This document shows, piece by piece, positions 48,643 to 57,589 of a DNA stretch of 64,000 nucleotides; the first letter of the stretch is position 1; the number at the start of each line of letters is the position of its first letter. A program made the position numbers and the translations under genes. The stretch comes from Armatimonadota bacterium (lineage in GTDB: Bacteria > Armatimonadota > SYMT01), in contig JBKBRF010000031.1 of NCBI GenBank assembly GCA_046292385.1, positions 22,970 to 86,969 on the forward strand. The letters run 5' to 3'. The notes beneath the pieces are model-generated. The model searched no databases. It worked only from the letters and a program-made list of their open reading frames with translations, and had not been told where the DNA came from.

Positions 48643-49818
48643 CTACTCGGTGGAACTGCCGGGGCTAAAGATGGCGAGGCTGGCGGTGTGGCCGTGGATG
48701 AAGCTTTTCCCGCCGACCGGGCCCAGCTCGCCCATCGCGAAGAAGCCGGCCAGGGGCACGCCGGGGAGTGCCTCCAGGGTGGTGCGGGCGTCGTGGTCCG
48801 GCTGGGGGAACATCCGGGTGCCGCGCCCGTTGCAGGTGAAGAGCAGCGCTCCCGCCGCGCCGGGGAGACCGCCGACCGGTCGCAGCAGCTCCACCAGGTC
48901 CTCGTGCGCCGTCTCGTGGTCGCGCACGTGGAGCTGGACCGTCTGGCCGGGGCGCACCACGTCGCCGACCACCAGGGCGCCGTCGTCCGGGATCGCGCCG
49001 AGGAGGCCGCGCACCAGGAAGTCGCCGCGCTCGAACTGGTCGCGGTATTCGTTCATGGCGATCCCGAGCATCAGGCCCCTCGCGGCGAGTCGCTTCTCCT
49101 CGCTGGAGAGGTTGTCGAGGACCTCCCGCGCTACTTCCAGGGCAGGGCGGCGCCCCAACTCGAAGATCGCCTGACCTTCCGTGCGGGTGGCGACGAACGG
49201 CTCACCGATCGGCCGGCAGCCCTGGGAGACCACGGTGCGGATCTCCAGCGCGCCCCCGAAGCCCGCGCCAATCGCTCCGTCCGTGAGCTGCTCGCCGTCG
49301 AGCAGCAGCGCGTTCCCGCCCGGTTGCGTCGAGCCGCTCGCCATCCCGCCGAAGGTGGGAGCCCCCAGTGCGCTGTCGAGGCGGGGGAGCAGCTCGTCCG
49401 CCGGGGTGGTGAACGGGTCCGGGAGAAGAAGCTGGCCTCGGTGCGAGGCGCCGGTGGAGATTCGGCTCCGCAGGGCCTCCTCGTCGGTCAGGAGATCGGT
49501 CCACTCTTCGCGCGCCAGGTGGAACGGCTTCACGTCGACGCCCGGGAGGCTGGCGGTAAAGAGCACCGCTCCCGCCCGGCGCTCGATCTCCCGCTCGTTG
49601 CCGACCACGCTCTCGCAGCTCACGCCGAGGAGATGGCGCGGCTCCAGTCGCTCCCGCACCGCCGCCGCGAGCTGAGCCGCCGCCGGAATGAGCGGCGACG
49701 TGAAGAAGAGCACGGCGAGGTCCGGGCGGGCGTTGAGGCCGAGCTCCGACCCTTCTACGAGCTCCCGGACCAGTTCCGGGAAGGTCTCCGCCTCGGAACG
49801 GGCGCTGGCAAATTTCAT
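48643..49818 (-). CDS. FIST N/FIST C domain signal transduction protein
   Basis: DPFT, GGMASG, VSQGCRPIG, LLFTCNGRG, GFFAMGELGP, HGHTA. Confidence 0.88.
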   Translation of the reverse strand: MKFASARSEAETFPELVRELVEGSELGLNARPDLAVLFFTSPLIPAAAQLAAAVRERLEPRHLLGVSCESVVGNEREIERRAGAVLFTASLPGVDVKPFHLAREEWTDLLTDEEALRSRISTGASHRGQLLLPDPFTTPADELLPRLDSALGAPTFGGMASGSTQPGGNALLLDGEQLTDGAIGAGFGGALEIRTVVSQGCRPIGEPFVATRTEGQAIFELGRRPALEVAREVLDNLSSEEKRLAARGLMLGIAMNEYRDQFERGDFLVRGLLGAIPDDGALVVGDVVRPGQTVQLHVRDHETAHEDLVELLRPVGGLPGAAGALLFTCNGRGTRMFPQPDHDARTTLEALPGVPLAGFFAMGELGPVGGKSFIHGHTASLAIFSPGSSTE

Positions 49819-49881
49819 AGTACTCCGATCTCCCGCGGCCGCCGGCCTAGCGTGGTGTGTTAGGGTCGACGCACGGTTCTC

Positions 49882-49971
49882 CCGCCCCTCCGGGGCGGCT
49901 CTATTGGCGGCAAGAATCCGGGGGCTGCGCTGCGCTAACCCCCGGCTATCGTCTCGCGCCCCTCCGGGGCG
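49882..49971. repeat. Dispersed REP family C, copy 2
   Basis: Same orientation as 48548-48631. Confidence 0.75.
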
Positions 49972-50010
49972 ACTGCGCCCGCTGGATGGAGCATGGCCTT
50001 TCGGGCCAGT

Positions 50011-50046
50011 TCCTGCTCCTACTCTTGCTCCTGCTCGCTGGCGACC
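50011..50046. repeat. Repeat family B, partial inverted copy
   Basis: TCCTGCTCCTACTCTTGCTCCTGCTCGCTGGCGACC is the reverse complement of the family B 5' end. Confidence 0.7.
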
Positions 50047-50112
50047 CGGTGCTCCCGGCATGTTCTCGCCAGCTCGAGCCTGGGCAGCGGGTCTGGCCTC
50101 GAGTGGGTCTTG

Positions 50113-51309
50113 TTAGCCCGGGAGCAGCCCCACTTCCCGGCCGACCTTGCCGAACGCCGTCACGGCGCGCTCGCACTGGTCGTCGGTCAGCTCGGAGCTG
50201 ATCTGCACGCGGATGCGCGCGGTGCCCTCCGGCACCACCGGGTAGCCGAAGCCGGTCACGAAGAGCCCTTCGTCAAGGAGTCGCTCGCTGATCCGGATGG
50301 CGAAGGCGGTGTCGCCGACGATGATCGGCACGATGGCGGAGTCGCCGGGCAGCGGGCTGAACCCGGCGGCGGTGATCCGCTCCCGGAAGTGGCGGGTGTT
50401 GCGGTGAAGTCGCTCCACCCGCTCCGGATGCTCCCGGAGCACGCGCACCGCGGCGCGGGCGCTGCAGGCGACGGTCGGCGGCAGCGCGTTGGAGAAGAGC
50501 TGCGGGCGCGACCGCTGCGCCAGCCAGTCGCACACCTCGCGCGGGCCCGCCACGAAGCCGCCGGCTGACCCGCCGAGCGCTTTGCCGAGGGTGCTGGTGA
50601 TGATGTCGACCTCCCCCAGCACGCCGTAGTGCTCCGCCACGCCGCGGCCGGTGGCGCCCATCACGCCGGTGCCGTGGGAGTCGTCGACGATCACCACCGC
50701 GTTGTAGGTCCGGGCCAGCTCCAGGATCTCCGGAAGGCGCGCCAGGTCCCCTTCCATGCTGAAGACGCCGTCGGTGATGATCAGCTTGCGCTGGTCGCGG
50801 TCGCACGACTCCAGTCCTTCCCGCAGGTGCGCCATGTCGGAGTGGCGGTAGATCACCTTCTTCGCCGGGCGGGAGAGGCGGATCGCGTCGATAATGCTGG
50901 CGTGGTTCAGCTCGTCGGAGAGGATGACGGTGTTCGCGTCGGTCAGGCTCGGGATCACCGCCTCGTTGGCGTTCCAGCAGGAGACGTAGCTCAGCGCCGC
51001 CTCCGTGCCGACCAGCTCCGCGAGCGCCGCCTCCAGCTCGTGGTGCGGCTCGAAGGTACCGCAGATGAAGCGGACCGAGCCGGTGCCGGCCCCGTAGCGC
51101 CTCAGCCCTTCGATCCCCGCCTCCACCACCTCCGGGTGGGCGGCCAGGCCCAGGTAGTTGTTGGAGGAGAGGACGAGCACCTCGCCCCGCCCCTCCATCC
51201 GCACCACGCAGTCCTGCGGGGAGGTGATGGTGTTGAACCGCTTGTAAGTGCCGGCGTCGCGCAGCGCCTGCAGCTCGCCCGCAAGCTCTTCGCGCAGTCG
51301 TTCGTTCAT
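50113..51309 (-). CDS. kbl: Glycine C-acetyltransferase (2-amino-3-ketobutyrate CoA ligase)
   Basis: SNNYLGLA, SVRFICGT, NHASIID, DGVFSMEG, DDSH, TLGKALGG, RSRPQLFSN, ARIRVQ. Confidence 0.85.
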   Translation of the reverse strand: MNERLREELAGELQALRDAGTYKRFNTITSPQDCVVRMEGRGEVLVLSSNNYLGLAAHPEVVEAGIEGLRRYGAGTGSVRFICGTFEPHHELEAALAELVGTEAALSYVSCWNANEAVIPSLTDANTVILSDELNHASIIDAIRLSRPAKKVIYRHSDMAHLREGLESCDRDQRKLIITDGVFSMEGDLARLPEILELARTYNAVVIVDDSHGTGVMGATGRGVAEHYGVLGEVDIITSTLGKALGGSAGGFVAGPREVCDWLAQRSRPQLFSNALPPTVACSARAAVRVLREHPERVERLHRNTRHFRERITAAGFSPLPGDSAIVPIIVGDTAFAIRISERLLDEGLFVTGFGYPVVPEGTARIRVQISSELTDDQCERAVTAFGKVGREVGLLPG

Positions 51310-51459
51310 CGAAAAGTTCTCCGGGCCGGTGAGAGCCGACGGGCGAGAGAGGCGGAGGCGGAGACGTGAGCGGCAGTCTCGACGCTCGCGGGTGGGCCCG
51401 TCGGATACAGTTTACGCCACGGGCCGTCGATCGGACCCGCTCCGGCGTGATTCGGAGGG

Positions 51460-52731
51460 CTACTTGAAGAGCGACGGGAGCCAGAGCACCATCTGCGGGA
51501 AATAAGTGACGAGCAGGAGCACGACGATCAGCATCGCCAGGAACGGTCGCGTCTCCCGGATCAGCTCCCCCAGCGGGACGCGCGCGATGCCGCTCGTCAG
51601 GAAAAGCAGCATGCCGAACGGCGGCGTGTTGAGCCCGATCATCAGGTTCAACACCAGCACCACGCCGAGGTGGACCATGTCCAGCCCCAGCGCCTGGGCC
51701 GCCGGCAGCACCACCGGCAGGAAGATGACCAGGATGCTGTTGGTGTCCATCACGCAGCCGAGCAGCAGGAAGACGACGTTGAGGATCAGCAGAAGCTGCC
51801 ACGGCTCCTGGGTGACGCCTGTCAGCCAGGCCGCCAGGTCCTGCGGGATCCGCTCGATCGCCAGGATCCAGCCGAAGACGCTGGCGGTGCTGATGATCAG
51901 CATCAGGTAGCTGGTGGTGACGGCGGTCTCCCGCACCATTCGGCCGAGCTGTGCAAACGAAAGCGAGCGATAGAGGACGCCGCCAATTAGCAGCGAGTAG
52001 ACGACCGCGACCGCGGCCGCCTCCGTAGCGGTGAAGAAGCCGGAGTACATCCCGCCGAGCAGGATGACCGGCGTGAGCAGCGCGGGAGCCGCTTCACGGG
52101 TCGCCGCGGCGAGCGCCGGCCACCCGGGCCACTCTGCCGCGCCATAGCCGCGCTTGCGGGCGAGCAGCGCGATGATCAGCATCGTGCCGAGCCCCATCGC
52201 CAGGCCCGGGATGACACCGCCGAGGAACAGCGCCTCGATCGAGGTACCCGCCACCACGGCGTAGATCACCAGCGGGATGCTGGGCGGGATGATCGGGCCG
52301 ATCGTCGACGCGGTGGAGGTGACCGCGGCGCTGAAGCGGCGGTCGTAGCCGGCGTCGGTCATCGCCTTGATACTGATCAGGCCAAGCCCGGAGGCCTCCG
52401 CGATGGCGGAGCCGGTCATCCCCGCGAAAAGGATGCTCGAGACGACGTTGACGTGCGCCAATCCGCCGCGGCGGTGGCCGACCAGGAGCGAGGCTACCCG
52501 GTAGACGCGCGCCGTGAGCCCCGCCTCGTTCATGATCTGCGCGGCGAGCAGAAAGAGCGGCACCGCCAGCAGCACGAAGCTGTCCAGGCTGTTCACCATC
52601 CGCAGCGCCGCCACCGCCGGCTCGACCCCCGCCGCCCACAGGTAGACGGCCGACGCCCCCAGCAGCGCGAACGGGATCGGGACGCCGAGGATGAAGAGCA
52701 GCGAGAAGGTGCCGAAGAGAAGCAGGCGCAT
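51460..52731 (-). CDS. dctM: TRAP transporter large permease DctM
   Basis: SFVLLAVPLF, GGLAHVNV, GPIIPPSIP, TATEAA, NTPPFG. Confidence 0.93.
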   Translation of the reverse strand: MRLLLFGTFSLLFILGVPIPFALLGASAVYLWAAGVEPAVAALRMVNSLDSFVLLAVPLFLLAAQIMNEAGLTARVYRVASLLVGHRRGGLAHVNVVSSILFAGMTGSAIAEASGLGLISIKAMTDAGYDRRFSAAVTSTASTIGPIIPPSIPLVIYAVVAGTSIEALFLGGVIPGLAMGLGTMLIIALLARKRGYGAAEWPGWPALAAATREAAPALLTPVILLGGMYSGFFTATEAAAVAVVYSLLIGGVLYRSLSFAQLGRMVRETAVTTSYLMLIISTASVFGWILAIERIPQDLAAWLTGVTQEPWQLLLILNVVFLLLGCVMDTNSILVIFLPVVLPAAQALGLDMVHLGVVLVLNLMIGLNTPPFGMLLFLTSGIARVPLGELIRETRPFLAMLIVVLLLVTYFPQMVLWLPSLFK

Positions 52732-52783
52732 GGTTATCCGTGAGGCTGGATGCGGCTGGAAGTGACGGACTGGGAGAACCTGA

Positions 52784-53308
52784 TCAGGGGAGCGGATCTG
52801 CGCGAGCGATGGTGCTCTCAGGAGCGGGACCGGCGGGAGCAGTGTCAGGTTCGGCGTCGACGCCTCCGATCAGGTGGAGCACGTAGAGCGCCAGCGCGAG
52901 CGGCACGAGGGCGTAGAGCCAGCTCATCGGGAGCTGAAGAGCGGGCGAGCGGACCGCCAGCCGGTGCACCGCCATCACGAACGCGGCGGTCCCGGGCACC
53001 AGCCCGGCCAGCACCGCCGCGAGCAGCCAGGCGGAGAACCGCTCCACGGGGGCGCGGTCCGGCAGGCGGTCGAGGAGCAGCGTCAGCCGCACGTGGAGGC
53101 GGTGGTGGGTAGCCGCTCCCGCACCGATCAGCGTCAGCGCGATAAAGCTGTAGGTGCAGAACTCCTCGCTCCAGAGGAGAGAGAACCCGAGCAGCCTCCG
53201 CACCAGCACCTGCCCGACGATCACCAGGACGATGGCGGCGAGCAGGATGCCGGCAAACGCTTCCTCCACCCGGGCCAGCGTGCCCGACAGTGTCCGGAGC
53301 CAGCTCAT
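52784..53308 (-). CDS. dctQ: TRAP transporter small permease DctQ
   Basis: Four TM segments, WSEEF, HVRL, SPALQLPM. Confidence 0.9.
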   Translation of the reverse strand: MSWLRTLSGTLARVEEAFAGILLAAIVLVIVGQVLVRRLLGFSLLWSEEFCTYSFIALTLIGAGAATHHRLHVRLTLLLDRLPDRAPVERFSAWLLAAVLAGLVPGTAAFVMAVHRLAVRSPALQLPMSWLYALVPLALALYVLHLIGGVDAEPDTAPAGPAPESTIARADPLP

Positions 53309-54354
53309 CGGGTCTCTCCCAGGCTCTGAAGCTCCTCATAGGTGCCGCGGCCCCAGTCGCTTTCGAACCGCGTCGCCACGGCCCTCGCGGCGCGGCGGAA
53401 CGCCTCCACGTCCGGCTCCACGATGGTGACTCCTTCCCCGCGGAAGCGCACCAGCAGGTCGTGCTCCTGCTTCTGGATCGCCGCGTTGTTCACTTCGCGG
53501 CCCTTCAGGATGGCGTCCTGGACCAGCGCGCGCTCGGACTCCGGCAGGCGGCTCCAGCGGCGGTCGTTGGCGATCACGGAGACCGGCGTGATCATGTGGC
53601 CGGTGAGCACCAGGTAGGGCGCGGCCTCCTGGAACTTCATCGCCTCGATCGTCGGAAGCGGGTTTTCCTGGCCGTCGATGACGCCGGTCTTGAGCGCCAG
53701 GTAGACCTCGCCCAGGCTCATCGGGGTCGGATCGGCGCCGAGCGCCCGCACCGTCTCGATGTAGATCGGCGCCGCTGCGGCGCGCATCTTCACGCCCTTC
53801 AGCTCTTCCGGGGTGCGGACCGGCCCCTTGACCAGCGTCAGGTGGCGGCGCCCGTAGTACCAGGTGTCGACGATCCGGGCGCCGACCCGGGTGCGGACAC
53901 CTTCCAGCAGCCGTTGTCCGATCGGGCTCTCGTAGGCGCGATACATGTGCGCCAGGTCGCGGAAGACGAAGGGGCTGTCGAGCACGCTGATCGGCGCGTA
54001 GTACTGGCCGAGCCAGCTCACCGCGGTGACGTAGAGATCGAGCGAGCCGACGACGGTGGCGAGCAGCTCTTCCTGCTGGGTGCCGAGCTGGGACGCCGGG
54101 AAGACCTGGAGCTCCAACCGCCCGCCGCTCGCCTCCTGAAGGACCGCGGCCGCGCGCTCGAGCCCGAGGTGGACCGGGTGCGAGGTGGGGTTATCGTGGG
54201 CGACGCGCAGCACGCGCCGCCCGTCGGTCGCACGCCCGGCGCAGCCGGGGAGCGCCGCGGCGGAGGCGGCCAGTAACAGAGAGCGTCGGGAGAGGCAGGG
54301 CATCGAGGTAGACGGTGACTCCGGTGGGAGACCGTTCACCTTTCGCCCGCCCAC
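53305..54354 (-). CDS. dctP: TRAP substrate-binding protein DctP family
   Basis: FPASQLG, G.RH, KMR, PTPM..GEVY.AL..GVIDGQENP; SRRSLL...LPGC signal; start uncertain (54303-54354). Confidence 0.9.
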   Translation of the reverse strand: MGGRKVNGLPPESPSTSMPCLSRRSLLLAASAAALPGCAGRATDGRRVLRVAHDNPTSHPVHLGLERAAAVLQEASGGRLELQVFPASQLGTQQEELLATVVGSLDLYVTAVSWLGQYYAPISVLDSPFVFRDLAHMYRAYESPIGQRLLEGVRTRVGARIVDTWYYGRRHLTLVKGPVRTPEELKGVKMRAAAAPIYIETVRALGADPTPMSLGEVYLALKTGVIDGQENPLPTIEAMKFQEAAPYLVLTGHMITPVSVIANDRRWSRLPESERALVQDAILKGREVNNAAIQKQEHDLLVRFRGEGVTIVEPDVEAFRRAARAVATRFESDWGRGTYEELQSLGETR

Positions 54355-54370
54355 TCCCTTGCTTGCGGCG

Positions 54371-55030
54371 TCACTTCATCGAGGGTGCGGCGGCAGGCGG
54401 CAGCGGCGTTCCTCGCAGTCCGCGCGGCCGGGGAGCGGCGTTCTTGGCACCGGGCAGCATCGGGTTCTGTAGACCGTACTGCTGTGCAATCGCCAGCGCG
54501 GTCTGCAAGAGCCCCGTTTCCGCCGCGCTCGCGGAGACGTATCGGACGACCGCACTCTCGTCCAGCCCGAAAGCCCGGGGTGCGGGATCCGCTTTGTACT
54601 CCTGCACCACGGGCGATCCCGGCTCGGTATAGACGATCGGACCGGTGATGCCGGTCGCCTTCCGGAATTCCGTTTCGTGCTCGCGGGGGAAGACCGCCAC
54701 CGTCACCAGCCGGGGAGCGTCTTTCTTCACGTGGCCGAGCATCTCCCGCATGTAGGAGGCGAACTCGCGGGAGTGCTGCGACTGGTCGACGAAGAGCAGG
54801 AGCGTGCTGCCGTCGACCAGCTCTTTGAGCGGATGGGTGGCGCCGCGGCTGTCCGGCAGAGTGAATTCGGGCGCGGGGTCGCCGTAATCGAAGGCGGTGG
54901 CGTAGGGCGGCCGCGGCGGTGGCGGCGGGTTGCGCGTGATCCGCAGCACGGCCTCCGCTCCCACGACCAGACCTAGGACCCCGATCCCGATCAGCACCCA
55001 ATGCGTTGTCGACAAACGAGCTCTCTTCAT
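54371..55030 (-). CDS. Membrane-anchored redoxin/AhpC-TSA-like thioredoxin-fold protein
   Basis: N-terminal TM helix, GDPAPEFTLPD, cis-Pro-like PRAF, VVRY; no cysteines. Confidence 0.65.
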   Translation of the reverse strand: MKRARLSTTHWVLIGIGVLGLVVGAEAVLRITRNPPPPPRPPYATAFDYGDPAPEFTLPDSRGATHPLKELVDGSTLLLFVDQSQHSREFASYMREMLGHVKKDAPRLVTVAVFPREHETEFRKATGITGPIVYTEPGSPVVQEYKADPAPRAFGLDESAVVRYVSASAAETGLLQTALAIAQQYGLQNPMLPGAKNAAPRPRGLRGTPLPPAAAPSMK

Positions 55031-56046
55031 CCGACCGAATTCCTCCGCGGGACGTCGCCGGCCGCGGGGCAACCGCTGCGCACGCAGTTACGCCCTGCAG
55101 CCTTAGCTTCGTAGAGGGCCGCATCCGCCGCGGCGATCCAGGCAGAGGAGGGGATCTCCGGCGAGACGGCGGCGGCGGCCACGCCTACACTCACAGTTAC
55201 GCATGGCCCAGCGCTGGAGTTGCCATGCTCGATGCCGAGCCCCTCGATCGTGCTCCGGAGGCGTTCTGCCGCCAGGGTGGCTCCCGCGGCATCGGTCTCC
55301 GGGAGCACGATCGCGAACTCCTCTCCCCCATATCTCGCCACCAGGTCGACCCCGGTCCGCAGCGCATCTTGTAGCGCCTGCGCCACCTGCTGCAGGCAGA
55401 GATCGCCGGCCGGGTGCCCGTGCCGGTCGTTGTAGCCCTTGAAGTGGTCGATGTCGAGGAGGACTACGCCCAACGGGCGGCCGAGGCGCTGCGCGCGCAG
55501 CCACTCGCGGTCCAGCGCTTCGGCAAAGGCACGGCGGTTCGCCACGCCGGTGAGCGGGTCGGTCGCGGCGAGCTCAGCGAGGCGGCGGTTCGCCTCCTCC
55601 AGCAGCGCCTGCGTCTCCAGGAGTTGGGCCTCTCGCTGGATGCGCTCGTCGACCGCGCGCTTGAGACGGAGCTGATGCTGCACGCGGGCGGTCAGGATGA
55701 CCCGGTCGACCGGCTTGGTAATGAAATCGGAGGCTCCCGCTTCGAAGGCCACGCGGAGATCGCTCGTGTCGGCGCGGGCCGTGACCATCAGGATCGGAAT
55801 CTCCCGCAGCCGGGGATCGGCCCGGATCTGGCGGCACGCCTCGAGGCCGGAGACCTCGGGCATCATGATGTCCATCAGGATCAGCTCGACGGGGCAAGGG
55901 CCGGCGTCGGCCCGCCCTAGCGCCAGGTAGTCGAACGCCTCCCGCGCGCTGGTGAGGCTGACGACATCGGTGAGGCCCACCCGCGCCAGAATCCGCTCCA
56001 GGAGCATGCGGTTGTCCGCGATATCATCGACGACCAGGATCGACAT
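55027..56046 (-). CDS. Response regulator diguanylate cyclase (REC-GGDEF, WspR/PleD-like)
   Basis: ILVVDD, LMDIMMP, ITKP, DPLTG, RYGGEEF. Confidence 0.93.
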   Translation of the reverse strand: MSILVVDDIADNRMLLERILARVGLTDVVSLTSAREAFDYLALGRADAGPCPVELILMDIMMPEVSGLEACRQIRADPRLREIPILMVTARADTSDLRVAFEAGASDFITKPVDRVILTARVQHQLRLKRAVDERIQREAQLLETQALLEEANRRLAELAATDPLTGVANRRAFAEALDREWLRAQRLGRPLGVVLLDIDHFKGYNDRHGHPAGDLCLQQVAQALQDALRTGVDLVARYGGEEFAIVLPETDAAGATLAAERLRSTIEGLGIEHGNSSAGPCVTVSVGVAAAAVSPEIPSSAWIAAADAALYEAKAAGRNCVRSGCPAAGDVPRRNSVG

Positions 56047-56340
56047 GGCGGGCGTGGAGTGCGAGGGCCGCTCGGCCGGCAGCCGAGCAGCTCACCCGCC
56101 GTGCGGGAGAGAGAGGTCCGGAAACGGTGAGGCGTCGGGACACCCAAGACTGCCGGGCGAGTATCCAGCAGGCGCAGCCGCTCGCCAGTCTCCGCCGCCT
56201 CACGGAGGAAGTGTATCGAGGCGTGCGAATCAAGTCCGGGCCAACTTCCCGGGGCGGAAGCAGGAGAAGTCTAAACTCATTCTAAACAGTTCGAATGGCG
56301 AGAGTGTGCCGGTTCGGTCCGTCGGAGAGGGAGCAGAGCA

Positions 56341-57537
56341 TTGGAGACCCCCACGCCTTCCCTGCGAGAGCAAGGGATTCAGGCCCTGAAAGAGGGCGCG
56401 CTCGACCGCGCAATCGACCTGCTGGCGCGCGCGGTCATGGCGAACGATAACGACGCGGACGCGAAGGCGTTCCTGGGCGTAGCCTACAGCCAGAAGGGCC
56501 TCCATGCCCAGGCGAAGCGCGCGCTGCAGACCGCGGTGGAATTGCAGCCGCAGAACGCCAACTACCAGTACAACCTGGGCGTGGCACTGGAGCGCGCGGG
56601 CGACATGCAGGGCGCGGCGGTTGCCTACCGGGACGCTCTGCAACTGAACAAGGACCACGCGCAGGCGCGTGCCAAGCTGCAGGCGATGGGCCCCGCGGCC
56701 CAGCAGCTTCTCGCCAATGCGCCCAAGCCGGTGCCGCCGGTCGGCGTTCCCACCTACAACACGCCGCCATCCCAGCCCACGCAGCCCACGCAGCCCCCGG
56801 CTCCGCCGTCTCCGGGCGGCTACGCCCCGCCTCCGCCCCCGATGCCGGGTCCCCCGGGCGCCGTCCCCGGGCCCGGCTACGCTCCCCCGCATGGTGATCC
56901 GCTGGCCCAGGGCGCTCCTCCGGGGACGGTCCAGTGCCCCAGCTGCGGCCAGTTCTCCCAGCCCGGCATCTCCTGCGAGTGGTGCAGCGGAGCCCTGGCG
57001 GCCCCCGCGCCGGCCCCCGCCGCGCCCGCATACGGCCCCGCCGCCCAGCCGGGTGGGTTCCATGCCCAGCCGTACGGCGCTTATGGCATGGCTCCCTCCA
57101 TGACCTCCGGCGAGGCGTTCGGGCGCCGCCTGGGCGCCGCGCTCATCGACAACATCCTGCTCTCGATCATCATCTACGGGCTGCTCTTCGGGGCGGGATT
57201 CACGATCATGTCGTCCGTCGGCCCGGGCGGCGAGCCCTCCACCGGCCAGGCAGCGCTGCTCGGCTACCTGTTGTACATCAACCCCTATGTGTTGATGGCG
57301 CTCTACTTCGGCGCCATGTACGCGTCGCGGGGGCAGTCGCTCGGAAAGATGGCGACCGGGATCCGGGTGGTAGGGCCGGACGGCGACAATCCCGGCTTCT
57401 TCCGGGGCGCGTTCCGCGACAGCCTGGGAAAGGCGATCTCGGGGATCTGCCTGCTCGGCTATCTCTGGATGCTCTGGGACCCGGAGCAGCAGACCTGGCA
57501 CGACAAGATATTCGGCACGCACGTGGAGCGGGCTTGA
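56341..57537 (+). CDS. TPR / Pro-rich / zinc-ribbon / RDD membrane protein, paralog 1
   Basis: TPR repeats, CPSC..CEWC, RRLGAALID, GQSLGKMATGIRVV, WHDKIFGTHV. Confidence 0.85.
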   Translation: METPTPSLREQGIQALKEGALDRAIDLLARAVMANDNDADAKAFLGVAYSQKGLHAQAKRALQTAVELQPQNANYQYNLGVALERAGDMQGAAVAYRDALQLNKDHAQARAKLQAMGPAAQQLLANAPKPVPPVGVPTYNTPPSQPTQPTQPPAPPSPGGYAPPPPPMPGPPGAVPGPGYAPPHGDPLAQGAPPGTVQCPSCGQFSQPGISCEWCSGALAAPAPAPAAPAYGPAAQPGGFHAQPYGAYGMAPSMTSGEAFGRRLGAALIDNILLSIIIYGLLFGAGFTIMSSVGPGGEPSTGQAALLGYLLYINPYVLMALYFGAMYASRGQSLGKMATGIRVVGPDGDNPGFFRGAFRDSLGKAISGICLLGYLWMLWDPEQQTWHDKIFGTHVERA

Positions 57538-57589
57538 CGATTCGCCGCGTCACCGGATGCGGCCCGGTTTGATTCGAGGAGGTGCGACG

